Translations under genes and position numbers: made by a program
The notes under the pieces: model-generated
Databases searched by the model: none
Seen by the model: only the letters and a program-made list of their open reading frames with translations
What the model was told of the DNA's origin: nothing
Assembly (NCBI GenBank): GCA_951406725.2
Contig: OX597819.1
Coordinates: 63,116,001-63,180,000, forward strand
DNA length: 64,000 bases
Source of the DNA: Octopus vulgaris
Lineage: Eukaryota
Direction: 5' to 3'
In this document: positions 1-13,865 of the stretch, in pieces
How the letters are laid out: every line of letters begins with the position of its first letter
Numbering within the stretch: position 1 is the stretch's first letter

Positions 1-799
1 TCTCTCTGCATTAGAGATATTTATATATTATCATTAGTCTCTGAAGATATCATCCTCAGTTGCCTTAATAAACTAATCTGGTCTTTTCAATCTTGCTGAA
101 GCTTGAGTAGAAACCAATTATTTTACAATATTGATGCTATTTACAACATCTCCATGTCAATACGTAACATAACATCCCTACATTTAGCATCTATATACTT
201 TGACGTTTCAAATGACATGATTCGTCGAAGCATCGCAGAATCTACTATTCAGTCGGAGTGATTGTGTTTCACAACTTATCCACCAGAGACAGTATATCAG
301 GTATACTGAAACTATCCTATTTAAGAATGCCCTGTTCAAAAACAATCTATATACATTACCCCAAAGTTTATGTGTCTCACAGTGGAGGAGTTTGTACAGA
401 GTAGAAACACCCCCTATTAAATACTGGAAGGGTTTTGAATACTAACACGAATTTCACAAGCTCTCTCACCTCCCGACGATGCGTTTTTTTATACTTTTTA
501 CTAAAACAATTTCTCGAAAGCCTCCAGTTACCGCTTAAGCCCCATATTTCGGTCATAAATATTGAAAGGTAATTGTGCAGTAAAAGTCTTGACTAAAAGG
601 CTGCTCGTTTTGAAACCAACTTAACGCTAGATAAAATCCTTCAGATAAAGTTCTAGATAAAGTTCTTCACGAAAATCGATATTATATATATACATTCCAA
701 CAGTAAAATTGCTTCGAAATGCCTGAAACCAATAGATCAAGTAAACATGACCGACAGGGACCTTCGATTCATGTTCCTCCAACCTCTTCAAACAACCAC

Positions 800-1462
800 T
801 TTTTCTCTCTAACTCTCTATCCTTCTCACCTCAGGCAAAAGTCTCGATCTTTATAAATGTGCTACGCATTCGCCAACAAATCATGTCCCTCTGCCCATGC
901 CAATTATCAGTTTCCTACGCTCATTCCCTCTATCACAAATTTGTTTAACTCTTCCGATACTTTGAAGTCTTCGGCCTTCTCGATGACCAGCACTACGCTT
1001 TGCAAAAGAAAAAAAATAGATGAAAGCACCAATTAACCGCTTATGTCATTGAGTTACCTCTCTTAAAAAATGCTGTTGGATTCGACATAAGAAAAATTGT
1101 TATGTAAATCTACATATACTAAAATACTGTGCCTGATGTGCGCATGTTCATAAATCACACATATGGGCTCCATTTTATTCCCCGTTCTTAGGTTGCATGA
1201 TTTGTGTCATGTCAACATCCTTGGTTATTAATTTCCACAGAACAAACTCACCCAAGATTTATGATTGCGTTCGATTATGGACCTCATTTTCTTTCAGCTC
1301 TGCATCAATGATTTACTTGCAGTCACCTACAGTAACATACATTCCTATGTAGAGGAAAACGCTATTTCCTCTATCTTAATTTTTCATATGCATGCGGCAC
1401 CAACATTCGATGAATATTTTTCAGGTCTAACCGTCACCGATTCCCGGAGGAGAGACCTATAG
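800..1462 (+). pseudogene. Highly decayed LINE reverse transcriptase fragment (CR1/Jockey/I-like)
   Basis: ORF 1265-1462 reads IFFQLCINDLLAVTYSNIHSYVEENAI, matching the pattern LFLLFINDL...IHSYADD of non-LTR RTs with a degenerate YADD. An upstream PISFL-like stretch lies near 900. Boundaries approximate. Confidence 0.45.
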
Positions 1463-1719
1463 AGATTTAAGTTTATCTCTTTCCATATCTCACCTTATGT
1501 TTAAACTAATGATCTATATATAAAATAAATCAAATTTGCAATTTCTATAACATTAGTGAAATAGTTGCTAAAATAACGACAGAAAAAAATCCTTTCAAAT
1601 TTCGTTATTTAGTCGTGTCGCTTTATTTTTTTTCTTCGTTACATGGTTCGATTTTGCTTGTGAGTTCTCCGGGATACACAAGCTAAATAAGAGTTGAGAT
1701 TTTTCAAGTTCTTCGTTGA

Positions 1720-1975
1720 TGGCATCGAGTATTGGTTAGAATGTTGCACCATTGATCGTAAAACCGGGGTTTCGATTTCCGAACTGTGTGGTGCGATGTG
1801 ATCTTGAGTTGCTCCCGTTCACTCGTCTCTAAAGGATTTCAAGCGATATTTGGAAAGTTAACTCTACGAAGGACCGGTATACATTTCAGGGTACCGATGT
1901 ACCTTTCCAGGTGCTGTACTCCCAGTAGCTTACAAGCCATTGAAGCCAGGTTAGACCACGGCTGTTTTGCATCCT
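1720..1975 (+). mobile_element. Degenerate tRNA-derived SINE (family C-like)
   Basis: A-box-like ...TTGGTTAG and B-box-like GGTTTCGATTTCC followed by TGTGATCTTGAG, the same layout as the heads at 8376 and 18628(-). Confidence 0.45.
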
Positions 1976-2512
1976 AAGGCAGAGATCCTTACAGAAATAC
2001 CTAAGCAAGCAAGTAATTGATGGAAACAATTACTAGTGTTGTTGCTGTTACATTTTTATTATTCATGAGTTGAGTCGACTCTTATTGGGCAAACCTATGA
2101 ACAAATACAATTATTTGCATATTGACTTTTATTTACGCCATTATGCATAGAACGGTATTTTATTATATGTAGATTTACATAACATCTTATCTAAACTGTG
2201 ATTCAAGAAGATCCTGGCTTTTTAAATATGTCAAAATGTTGCGTGAAACTCCTTTGTGGACTTGTGTTCAAGACAATTTTTGAAACGAGGCCCATTTGAG
2301 TACTACAGGTAACACGCAATCCAGTGCATCCTCTTACATATCCGTTCGACATCATCATAATCGGTAACATGCTTAGGTTGATTTCTTGAGACAGTTGTCA
2401 GGAGCCCCGATGGACGGAGACAAGACTTGCGAAATGGACGCTTAACAAATATCTAGCAATATTGTGTCGATATCTATCTATCTATCAATCTAACTATCTA
2501 TCTATCTATCTA

Positions 2513-2554
<42 letters not shown>

Positions 2555-2572
2555 TATATTGAATATATTCAT

Positions 2573-2600
<28 letters not shown>

Positions 2601-2603
<3 letters not shown>

Positions 2604-3022
2604 AAGAAATAGTCTTGGAGCGGTTTCCTGGGATATTATGGATATCCCTTCATCAGAGACAGTGTGAGAAGGTTAAACTGAGGAAATATTTGAGTTCGAA
2701 TTATTATGGAAAAGGAGATAGGGAATATACGATCATAATTCGAACTCAAATATATCCTCAATATAACCTTCTCACATCGTCTCTTATGAATGGATACCCA
2801 TATTATCCCGGAAATAGCAGTCAAATTATTTCCTTATAAATGACCTGAAAACTCCTCGCAGCCTTGGCTTTGTTATCGCATTCTCTCTAACACATATATG
2901 CACGCTAATACAAAACCCTAACTCGTATCACTATCGAACCAAGAGTTTAACTACGGTCTGTCCATAGCACTTACTTAGCGTTACCTGACACTCTTTGGGT
3001 CCTCTACATACCAATACTTCTC
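2601..3022 (+). mobile_element. Fold-back non-autonomous PLE-type element with two degenerate HHR motifs
   Basis: Inverted arms 2601-2704/2735-2838. The tail 2840-3022 is homologous (reverse complement) to 26255-26460. Flanked by (TA)n on both sides. Confidence 0.7.
2612..2660 (-). ncRNA. Degenerate minimal hammerhead ribozyme
   Basis: Minus strand: GTCT CTGATGA A GGGATAT-ccata-ATATCCC ag GAAA ccgctcca AGAC. Core, stem I and stem II present; stem III and cleavage triplet mutated. Mirror copy at 2779-2826(+) has CTTATGA. Confidence 0.6.
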
Positions 3023-3095
3023 ATATATATATATATATATATAAGATAGTTAAGAAATGCCCTGAAAGTGAAAATCGATAGGTATTCTCACTCAC

Positions 3096-3189
3096 CTTCT
3101 TGACACAAATTCATTATACTGCAATCGAACTGCGACTGGTAGATCGACATTCTGTGTCTGTTGGTACGCTTTCGATGTCTTGAAGAAAG
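3096..3189 (-). CDS. Candidate exon of unknown host gene
   Basis: AG acceptor at 3190-3191 (or 3179-3180), open frame FFKTSKAYQQTQNVDLPVAVRLQYNEFVSR, consensus donor AAG|GTGAGT at 3095. No homology support. Confidence 0.3.
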
Positions 3190-5185
3190 CTAATCATCGT
3201 AATATTTTAATTATTTGATTGATGGTTCAAATTTGACAATACTATGAATATTAAGATATTTAAATTTCCTATTGTAACCTCATATAAGCACAGATCAAAA
3301 ATGATCCATCGTTATGATTTGAACATGGAGACTGGCAAATTTCAGGGATCTGTCATAGAACAGCTCAAGCAACTTTATAAGTACAAACATGAAAAGGATC
3401 CATTCTGGTGATTATAATATGTAAACTGAAACTCATATTGTAAAAATGCTCAGTTAACTTCATTTGAATATCTGAGTCGGCAGTATCGAGCCCGCTATTC
3501 TAAAACACCACAAATAACTAAAGTGAACAAGAATAAAACCGATTGTTCCCAGTGATTAGAATATGTATCATATTAAGATCGACGCTTCTATTGTAAAACT
3601 TCCTTTGTAATCTCATATTAACGGAGATGAAATGATTTAGTCTGAGAGGAGTCATACTACATCTGCAGATTTTAAGCCGTATAAGTTAAGAAGTGACAAT
3701 TAGATTTATCCTGTTACACAAGTTGGTAGATGGGAATCGCCCGACATACATATATATATGATGCCTCGCTTATCTATCAATATCTTTAATTTTCTTCAAG
3801 GCATTCAAATTCATTGCTTGACGCCTACCATTGTAATATACATACATGAATTATATATGGCTTAAAATCAGAATAGAGCCTGGTATTTCATATGCTATTA
3901 CAGCGAATATGGTCCTGGCAAATCAAATGTGATTTTCAGTGACTCCATAATGTTAACAATTAATAAATTAATACAGACCTTACTGTATGAACAACGTGTA
4001 CGCATAATGTAGCAAGAATTATAACTAGCATAGGAAAAGACCATTACAACAGAGAGCTATTGATACATGTAAGGCAAACAATAACATACGAAACTAACAA
4101 CAAATATATTTATGATATTTGCTTCTGTGTCCTGTTTATATTTTCCGTTACTAAGTTATTCATAGAAACAGATAAATTCAAACATACACATACACTCACA
4201 CATATATATTAACACATTCACATACATACATTAGAAGTTAGTAAGTAATGGTAAATTCCCATTGAGACAAATGCTGATATTTGCTGTCATCATTATTTGG
4301 ATTTTCGGAAAATAAAATTGACAGTCACTTTTGAGTCAACTAATGAAATATTTACTTCGTTACAACACAAAAACTCTGCTCTCGTTAACTCGCCGTTCAG
4401 AGACGCAACATTTTTAAGAGTGATCATTATTCTGCCAATAACCACAAACAGCATATCATTACACTGATGTTAAATAGAAAAATAAATGTGTCTAGAGACA
4501 ATATCATGAATATTTAAGTGTTTTTCACTGCTATTAAATTCTCTAGCAACACAATAGCAAACGTAGTACAAATATGCAACCGGGAAGAAAAAAAGAGATT
4601 GGACGAGGTCTGAAATAAATTTCACATTTTCTCCAAGGAAATATGAGACAGAAAAGATAACATGTTTCTGCTTGATTGAGGTACTCAAAATCCGAAGAGT
4701 GAACAAGAAATGATTTACCAGAAGGGGTGTATGTGTGTATATATATTTCGTTTGGGGATTTGGTTTGCAAGATTCTTTATATGAGTTCGTGTGTTGAAGC
4801 ATATTCTGTTGTGTCTGGGGAGAGTCATTTTCTTTTTTGTGCCTTATAATATAACACACTCACCGGTAAAATTTCCACTTTTCTTATTTTTATTTTCCTA
4901 AAATTTTCATTGCGTCTTGCAACGTTTTCAATAGTCAAAACTACCTTTAACGTAGTTCTCGCGGAGATTCAGCGTGACACACTGTTTCACAAGGCTGGCC
5001 TTCGTATTTCTTACCCATGTATTTCTGACAAAGCGCTATCAGAACATATAATAGCTAATCAGCATATCCACATTTATATAGGACGAGTGAATTCGTATTT
5101 CCCTCCAAGTTAACCATGTGCGTCACAAGATAGTACTGCAGAAAAAAAAAGATCCGAAGTTTTGTTATCGAGGAGTGAAATAATC

Positions 5186-5666
5186 ATTACAGATATAGGG
5201 TAAAAATTATTAATTTAATAACATTAACAATTTAGTAGTTTTCGGTATGGAAAAGAGCCATATGCGGTAAAAACTCAGACAAAAAGTTTTTATATATATA
5301 TAATTATAACAATATGTGGTCAAGAAACTTGTTGCTAGACCCTTAAATATTATGTCGATGAAAGAAATGTTTTTTTATAATTCTAATCCAGAAACGCGTC
5401 CATAATTAATTGAAGACTGTTTGATTTCATTATTTTTCTTCTGTATACCTATGTGAGTTACAAATAAATGTTATCCGTGGAGACATGTTTTGTAGAAAAA
5501 AGAAATAGCAATCTTTTGACCCTTAATTATTGTTATAATTATATATTTAAAAAAAAACCATTTTGTATAAGTTTTTACCGAATCTGGTTCTTTTCCATAC
5601 CGAAAACTACTTCGTAAAATTGTTAATTTTATTAAATTAATAATTGTTTACCCTATATCTGTAATG

Positions 5667-5668
<2 letters not shown>
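5186..5668 (+). mobile_element. Fold-back element with internal HHR-like motif
   Basis: Inverted arms ~5186-5285/~5558-5668, ending at (TA)n. Internal ATTATG TCGATGA ... GAAA CGCG TC CATAAT at 5349-5406. Confidence 0.65.
5349..5406 (+). ncRNA. Degenerate minimal hammerhead ribozyme
   Basis: 6-bp stem I (ATTATG/CATAAT), palindromic stem III ACGCGT, GUC triplet; first core box mutated (TCGATGA). Confidence 0.55.
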
Positions 5669-5734
<66 letters not shown>

Positions 5735-6877
5735 TAATTATGCGGATAAACAAATTAAATATAATAAATATAACGGCTTGGGTATGCGATACAATATATA
5801 CATGTATGTACACAGGCAAAACGAGCGAAAGCAACGAGTGAAGACTTTCAGACCATATGTATTGGAGTATGCATATATAGATATTTATATTAGTATATCT
5901 CACTTGCATAGAGTCAAAATGACAGAGAAAACTGAAGGGGAGGAAGTGATGTGTTATAAGCCCAACACCTGTTTCTGGGGCATCGGCAATCAATCATAAT
6001 TTTGGCAGGTGTAGTTCATCACACTATGCAACCTGTAATTAAAACAGTCAATATTGGACAAAACGAGCCTCTGTCCTCAGGCTAGAAGACAATTCCGATC
6101 ATAGGGCTGAAATGTTCAAAGGTGTGTTACATGTGAGTCACTAATGTAATTTGTGAGGGATGTCACCTATACGTAACGTGTTCGAGTTGTAATACAATGT
6201 GTGTAGTTAGCATCTTTTAAAGACTGTTCGTAGAAAGAATCCATGTTCAGTGATGTCTTAAACAGGCATGAATAAAGAATATTTAGAATGCAAGTTTATA
6301 AAACGAAAACATTAAAATTTATTCAGTAGTGTGACGAGCACTAGCAAGTGATAACAAGGATCAATTTTACATATGAATGGAAACCAGATATATGTGTATG
6401 CAGGACAAAAAAATCGCATGGTGTATTATATACACTGAGGTTTCTATGAAGCAGTTTGAAAGCTGATATTAATCAAATAAGTTGCATGTAGTTGGCGATG
6501 GACAAAAAAAAAATGTTGAAGATAGCGATTTTGCTTCAATACCGTCAAATCAGCAGCTGCTCAAGCTATTCCAAAAGGCGCACAATGCCGCTGGGCGGAA
6601 GTTGCTACTTGTATTATTACGCCTCCAACTCTGATTGGCTGGAGTTTGCCAAAACGCAAGTGAACTAAGCCACAGCAACAAAATATATTTTTTCTGTCTC
6701 GCTACACTACGCCCCTGCAGACCGCAGGTCAATATAAACATGAAAGAGGAAAGAGGAAAAATGCAAAGCAAAGGAAGAAAAACTGCAAAGCAAAATATTC
6801 CAAACAATGACAAAAGAAAATATATTGCATACCTGAGGGAAAAAAACAATATGAATGCATTAAGAACAAAATGCATG

Positions 6878-6925
<48 letters not shown>

Positions 6926-7076
6926 GATGAGTGTATTTTTACCTTGTTAACAACACGGAAAAAATAAATAAATAGTAACCAGGGCAGCAAAATCTCACAA
7001 GTATCAGTGGAATTTTCGAAACATGTGTCGAAAGTAAAAATATTTGATTACACTTGCGTTAAACTCCATTTATTTA

Positions 7077-7129
<53 letters not shown>

Positions 7130-7189
7130 GTATATCCACAGGGTGCGTAAGATATGGCGTTCCTCTGAAGTATTTCCTCCAGGAACTCA

Positions 7190-7312
7190 CATTTATTACC
7201 CACAAAGGGCTACACACAGAGGGGTCAAACAAGGACATACAAACGGATTAATTTGATTATATCGACCCCAGTGTGTAAATGCTACTTATTTAATCGACCC
7301 CGAAAGGATGGA
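7190..7312 (-). mobile_element. SINE family A, 3' fragment
   Basis: Reverse complement of the 3' half of the copy at 58044-58270 (ATCGACCCCAGTG..., TTTAATCGACCCCGAAAGGATG). Confidence 0.8.
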
Positions 7313-7315
7313 AAG

Positions 7316-7875
7316 GGATTCGGCAATGGTGTTCCGAACATTCATCAGGATGAAAAACAAAAACCCGTCAAAGGGCGGAGGAACTCTTGAGAGTCAACGG
7401 CCATCCAATAAATGTGTAATTTTTTTTTTCTTAAGGCTTAAGGCTGTATCATGCGCGGGGACATAGAAATAATCGGACTGAATACCCGATCGCGCGGTTA
7501 AACCATTGGGAGTGAAGGATTCCTAGCCTTTGTTAGGGCATCCTTCTAGGATAAGGTAACTCAGATAATTGGGATAACTCCGACATAAAACCTGCGGCTC
7601 AATGGTTACCGATGATGTTGACTTTTTCTTTTTTTCGGATTATGACTGCTGTTGCTTAGTGAGTGGGATTGACTCAGTGCACAGCCTTTCCTCACTTAAA
7701 AATATCTTCTTGCACAGGCATTGCACGATAACATTGTTCATTGATGGTGCTGTGAGTCTCAACTGAATGGCTGGCTGTAGCCTTAAAAAGCAAATAAAAG
7801 TCACATTCGACCACAGCACCAATAACAGTTAAACTTCGTGTAATGGCCATAATTGATAAAGAGGGGGCAGCCATT
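7316..7875 (+). mobile_element. RTE-related non-coding repeat
   Basis: Contains GTTAGGGCATCCTTCTAGGATAAGGTAACTCAGA...AAACCTGCGG, similar to motifs I recall from RTE-clade 5' UTRs. Ends in (TATG)n. Confidence 0.4.
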
Positions 7876-8028
7876 ATGTATGTATGTATGTATGTATGTA
7901 TGTATGTATGTATGTATGTATGTATGTATGTATGTACGTATGTATGTACGCATGTATGTATGTATATATTTATATATGTATATATGTATATATGTATGTA
8001 TGCACGTATGTATATGTATGTAAACGAC

Positions 8029-8185
8029 ATGCTTCTTTCACTTTCCGTCTATTGAATCTACTCGCAAGGCTTTGGTCGGCGCGTGGCTATAGAAAACTCT
8101 TGCACAAGGTGCCACGCTGTGGGACTGAACCCAGACCCATGTTGATGCGAAGTAAGCTTCTTACCACACACCCACGCCTGCGGCT
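8029..8185 (-). mobile_element. SINE family B, tRNA-like head only
   Basis: Reverse complement of the head seen at 61718 (GGGTTCAGTCCCAC..GTGGCACCTTG..AGACGGAAA). Confidence 0.75.
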
Positions 8186-8278
8186 CCACACACTTGCGCG
8201 CGCACACACACATACATACATATACACAAACACTCACACACACGCATACATACATATACAAACGCACACGCATACATT

Positions 8279-8345
<67 letters not shown>

Positions 8346-8375
8346 CTATATATATATATATATATATCGTTACAC

Positions 8376-8655
8376 AGTGCGCCTGGCCTTGTGGTCGGGT
8401 GCATAAAACACTCACGATCGCGATATCATGGGTTCGATTGCCGGACCGACTTTGTGCGCTTTGTGTCCTTGAATAAAACACTTTATTTGCTGCATCTCAC
8501 ACAGCTAACAATGCTTAAGCCTGCAAAGGACTAACCCTCAGTTCAGGCGACATTTTAGCCTGCTCACTTAGCCACCGGGGTAGCATCATTCGAATGGCAA
8601 AATGATGCAAAGTGCATGGTGACCATGTATAACAACGTCTGACATTCTGATCGAT
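8376..8655 (+). mobile_element. tRNA-derived SINE (family C-like head)
   Basis: TGGCCTTGTGG A box, GGGTTCGATTGCC B box, then GTGTCCTTGAATAAAACACT. Confidence 0.65.
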
Positions 8656-8732
8656 GACGTTATATACCGATGCCCAATATACAGATTATTTTATATGAGC
8701 ACACAAACACACACACACACCTATATACATAT

Positions 8733-8947
8733 ATCCTTGGTTGTTTGTTATTAGAGGGTATTTAATTCTAGAGATTAGATGATTTATAAAAGGTGGCCTT
8801 TATAGGTTTCTGATATTTTCCCCGATTTTGTCTTGATTCAAGTTACTTGATCACAATCAGAAGAATTTAGGATACAATTTTTCATTATTTACATACAACA
8901 GAACATAAGCTAAAAAACGCATGAAAACTTCTCTCACAGATACAGGC
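8733..8947 (+). repeat. Local direct repeat, copy 1 (copy 2 at 12984-13187)
   Basis: Shared CCTTTATAGGTTTCTGATATTTTCCCCGATTTT...TCAAGTTACTTGAT. Confidence 0.85.
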
Positions 8948-9023
8948 ACACACAGATACATACACGCCTGAAATACAACCACGCATGAGCATACACACAA
9001 ACAATCACACAGATACACACAAA

Positions 9024-9058
<35 letters not shown>

Positions 9059-9147
9059 CTTACAGACATACACATACGTAAACACAGATGCATTCAGATA
9101 TATCTATACACAGAACCATTGCATTAGCACATACACACCGGATACAA

Positions 9148-9990
<843 letters not shown>

Positions 9991-10291
9991 AAAGCTGTCG
10001 TGTGATTGTTTATAATTTTGTTTTCCGTTCTGTTTTGTCAAATCTTTAGTGTCCCTCCATTTTATTTTCCGTTTCTTTTCCAGTTGTGTATTGCTTCACT
10101 TGTGTTTTCTTATTAGAATGCTTTTTTTTCTTCCTTTTTCATGTCTAATTTGATAAATTTCCCTTGGCAATATTATGGACATTATTTTCTTTGATGGCAC
10201 CCTCTGTGTATATACATGTCTCACCGCAGGTACGTACATACAAGCAAGTATATACGCAAGTATTTCTCTGTGCGTATGTGTGTTTACGTGA

Positions 10292-10341
<50 letters not shown>

Positions 10342-10502
10342 GTGTGTGTTTGTATACACATATGTATATACGTATATGTATACATATGTGTGTCTATATG
10401 TATATGTATGTATATATATATATATATATAAATGTGTGTGTTTGTATACACATATGTATATACGTATATGTATACATATGTGTGTCTATATGTATATGTA
10501 TG

Positions 10503-10551
<49 letters not shown>

Positions 10552-10887
10552 TTATGCACATACATGTAAACAGATATGAATGCGTATGTATACATCCGTG
10601 TGTAAATGTATATGCATACATTTTTGTGAGTTAATCTCTTTTTTATATATATATATTCGTGACTACGCGCGTGCGAGATTGTGAGATGAATAGTTAGATA
10701 CTTTTACATACATTTAAATAAATACATTCACATTTTAAGAAGGAAAAGCTACCTGTATTCTGTATTTCGTATGTATGTATGCATACATTATATAGCGTGT
10801 ATATATATGCAAATGTATATAAATATATATATATACAAAGACTGTGTGTGCGAATATATGCAAGTACCACTGTGCATGTAGCTATAC

Positions 10888-10947
<60 letters not shown>

Positions 10948-10948
10948 T

Positions 10949-11007
<59 letters not shown>

Positions 11008-11030
11008 TGATAGATAGATAGATACATACA
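10888..11030. repeat. (GATA)n microsatellite
   Basis: Directly visible; also at 26822-26900, 44820-44900 and 46228-46340. Confidence 0.95.
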
Positions 11031-11477
11031 TGCATAGATTGATAAACAGATTGATAGATAAGCAAGTTGGTAGACAAATAGACTGATACATGGATGGATA
11101 AACAGATAGGTAGGTAAATAGGTAGATAGATTGATAGATAGGTAAATAGTTAGACCAATAGAGAGATAGACAAGCAGGCAGGCGGGCGGACAGATAGATA
11201 CATATAGATAACTACATGGATGTATAGATTGATAGACAGAAACAATGATAGATCGTTATAGAGTTGGAATTGGGGAATATAAAAAGAGAAATTCGTTGAG
11301 TTAGTCATTGTTGCATCGCTGGACAGATTAAATAGATGTGTAAAGAAATTGTGGTATGTTTACGATTTTAACTGCTTTCATTTTATACACGTATATATAT
11401 GTATATATATGTGTGTGTGTGTGCGCGCGCGTGTATGTATACAGAGATGTATGTATACACACAGACACTTACATATA

Positions 11478-11534
<57 letters not shown>

Positions 11535-12514
11535 GTATATATGTATATGTATATCTATACATGCATACATATACAGAACATTGCATCGAAAGCTAGCCGG
11601 CGGAGAATCTGTCCACCCACACATATATTTATATACATAAGTATATATACGTATTAGGCAGAAGCTTAAGTGTATGTATATTTATTTATGTATGTGTGTG
11701 TATGTGTAACAATGAATGCATAGTTCGTGTATAGGTTTTAAATTTGTTGTTTTTTCTATGGAGCCCGTCCTTACGTCTTGGTTTAATGATGTGAAGCTGA
11801 GGAGACATAAATCTCTGCTAGGCTAAGACACTAGGTTATCGCAAGAAACAACTGCATATTCTTCTTACGAGTCTTCATTGCTTCATTGCAGAATCGATAA
11901 ATTGTTGAATATAGTATTTGTCCCAATATGGTAGTTTCATTTCTAGTTTAAAACCTGAAGTTTGCCATCCGATATATTTTTCCTTGGCAATACTGCTCAC
12001 AATGTGTTTTGGTGAAAGATACATTGAAAGCTCAGCGAAAGATGACGAATTCAAAATTGCGAGCTCGCGGTTCCAAGTCGACATTTTTATTTCATCTCTT
12101 TCAACATCTATCATCAAACAGACTCTTAATCATATTATCCTATTATGCCCCATCCGACACTGAACAAAGATTAAAAATAAGTTCCCTCCAAACACCGACC
12201 ACTTCCTTTCTCATAATGTGTTGCCCATATAGATTTCATCATTTTCTATTAGAAACCTTCGCCTCTCCCTCTCTCTTTCTCTCTCGTACGCGCACACACA
12301 CACTTTCTTTCTCCCCCCCCTCTCTCTCTCTAACTCTCTCCCTAACTATATGCCTATAAGAGAAAAATCATGTATTGGAGAATTGAGATAGGTTAACTTA
12401 GGGAACTCAGAACTTGACCAAGAATGGAGAAGAAAGAGCTCCGCTGATACATACCGTTATGATGTGATAAATTAGAAAGACCCCGGCTCAAAAGAAATTT
12501 GCATACTAATCACA

Positions 12515-12571
12515 ATGTATTCTGAACATATCTACTAACCCCAAGATTCAGAGTTCGATTCCAGATAGTGA

Positions 12572-12637
<66 letters not shown>

Positions 12638-12810
12638 TAATAATGATGAGGATGATGATAACATCAAAAAATACCTTAGGAATGAGATCCCAGGTTCGAA
12701 ATTTCCCCAAGACATCTGATGAAGGCGGGAGGATATATCAGCCGAAACGGTGTATTAACAAAAAACAAGATGAGGACAAATATCCGTCAAATGTAAATAT
12801 CGTAAATGAT
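12515..12810 (+). mobile_element. Short element with two B-box-like motifs, internal (AAT)n and an HHR (mutated copy)
   Basis: GAGTTCGATTCC at 12551, GGTTCGAAATTT at 12693, CTGATGA at 12716, GCC GAAA at 12741-12747. The 3' part matches 49081-49220. Confidence 0.75.
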
Positions 12811-13189
12811 ATATCAAAACCTGATGAATGACCCAGTAGGGTAGTTCCCAAGTGCCAGCTGTATTGGAGACTGGCAGTGTTCAAGGGAAAGACAGAGAGG
12901 CAAAGAGAGAGGCAAAGAGAGAGTAAGGGATTAAGACTGAGAGAAAGAGAGTGAGAAATATATAAATAACACATACATACATTTATCCTCGGTTGTTTGT
13001 TGTTTAAAGGCATTTAATTCAAGATATAAAAGGTGACCTTTATAGGTTTCTGATATTTTCCCCGATTTTCTCTTGAATCAAGTTACTTGATTACAATCAA
13101 GAGAATTTACGATACATTTTTTCTTATTTACATGAATACAACATATACACGCGCATACGTACGGAAACTTTTCTCGCGGACACAGGCGG

Positions 13190-13865
13190 AGTGATTAAGA
13201 GAGAGAGCCTTGCAAATAGACTTAATAGATAGAAACTGAAAGAAACTCATTGTGTATATAAATCTTTAAAAATAAGGATAAAATCGATATTATCAAGTGG
13301 CCAGCATGGGAATAAATACCATACAAAGGTAATAATTTTTTCCAACTATAAATAAGGGTATCTGAGAGACATCACCATGCCGAAATAGCAGTCCAACCTT
13401 GACTCTAAAAACCTTCTAAAATGTTCATATCGCACCATGAGATAAGACAGATAGACAAAATAAACTAGCAAAAAGATATTACTGGATAATTCAAGCTAGA
13501 AATCCAGGATCTTGAATTATCCAGTAATATCTTTTTGCTACTTTATTTTGTCTCTGTCTTATCTGATGGTGCGATATGAACATTTTAGATGGTTTTTAGA
13601 GTCAGGGCTGGACTGCTATTTCGGCATGGTGGTGTCTCTCAGATACCCTTATATATGTATATATTGGGGCGGTGTTCGTCCCCCACCGCTAATAGCTGAT
13701 GTTGGTGCTTTTACGTCCTCGTAACTAAGCGGTCGGGCAAAAAGACCGATAACATAAGTACCAATTTAAAATAAATACAATATATACTGCCACCAGTTCA
13801 TTCGACTAAAAATTTCCCACGGCGGTGTAACCAGCATGGACGCATTTTAATGACTGAAACAAGTA
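13190..13865 (+). mobile_element. SINE family B copy split by a fold-back insertion
   Basis: End of head (AGAAACTGAAAGAAACTC) at ~13230-13250 and tail (AGCGGTCGGGCAAAAAGACCGAT...ATGACTGAAACAAGT) at 13670-13865, flanking the insertion. Confidence 0.6.
13262..13656. mobile_element. Fold-back element with HHR-like motif in each arm
   Basis: Arms 13347-13495/13511-13656, ~15-nt loop. CTGAGA GACAT-cacc-ATGCC GAAA TAGCA GTC at 13362-13393 lacks one core base. Confidence 0.7.

Noticed and set aside
4900-4940. TTGAAAA-GTTGC-aagac-GCAAT-GAAA (minus) hammerhead-like motif
   Set aside because: The first core box has two mismatches and there is no stem I.
11875-12163. Overlapping ~80-aa ORFs on both strands in unique sequence
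   Set aside because: No recognisable motif, and the nearest good acceptors lead into stops; cannot be supported without expression data.
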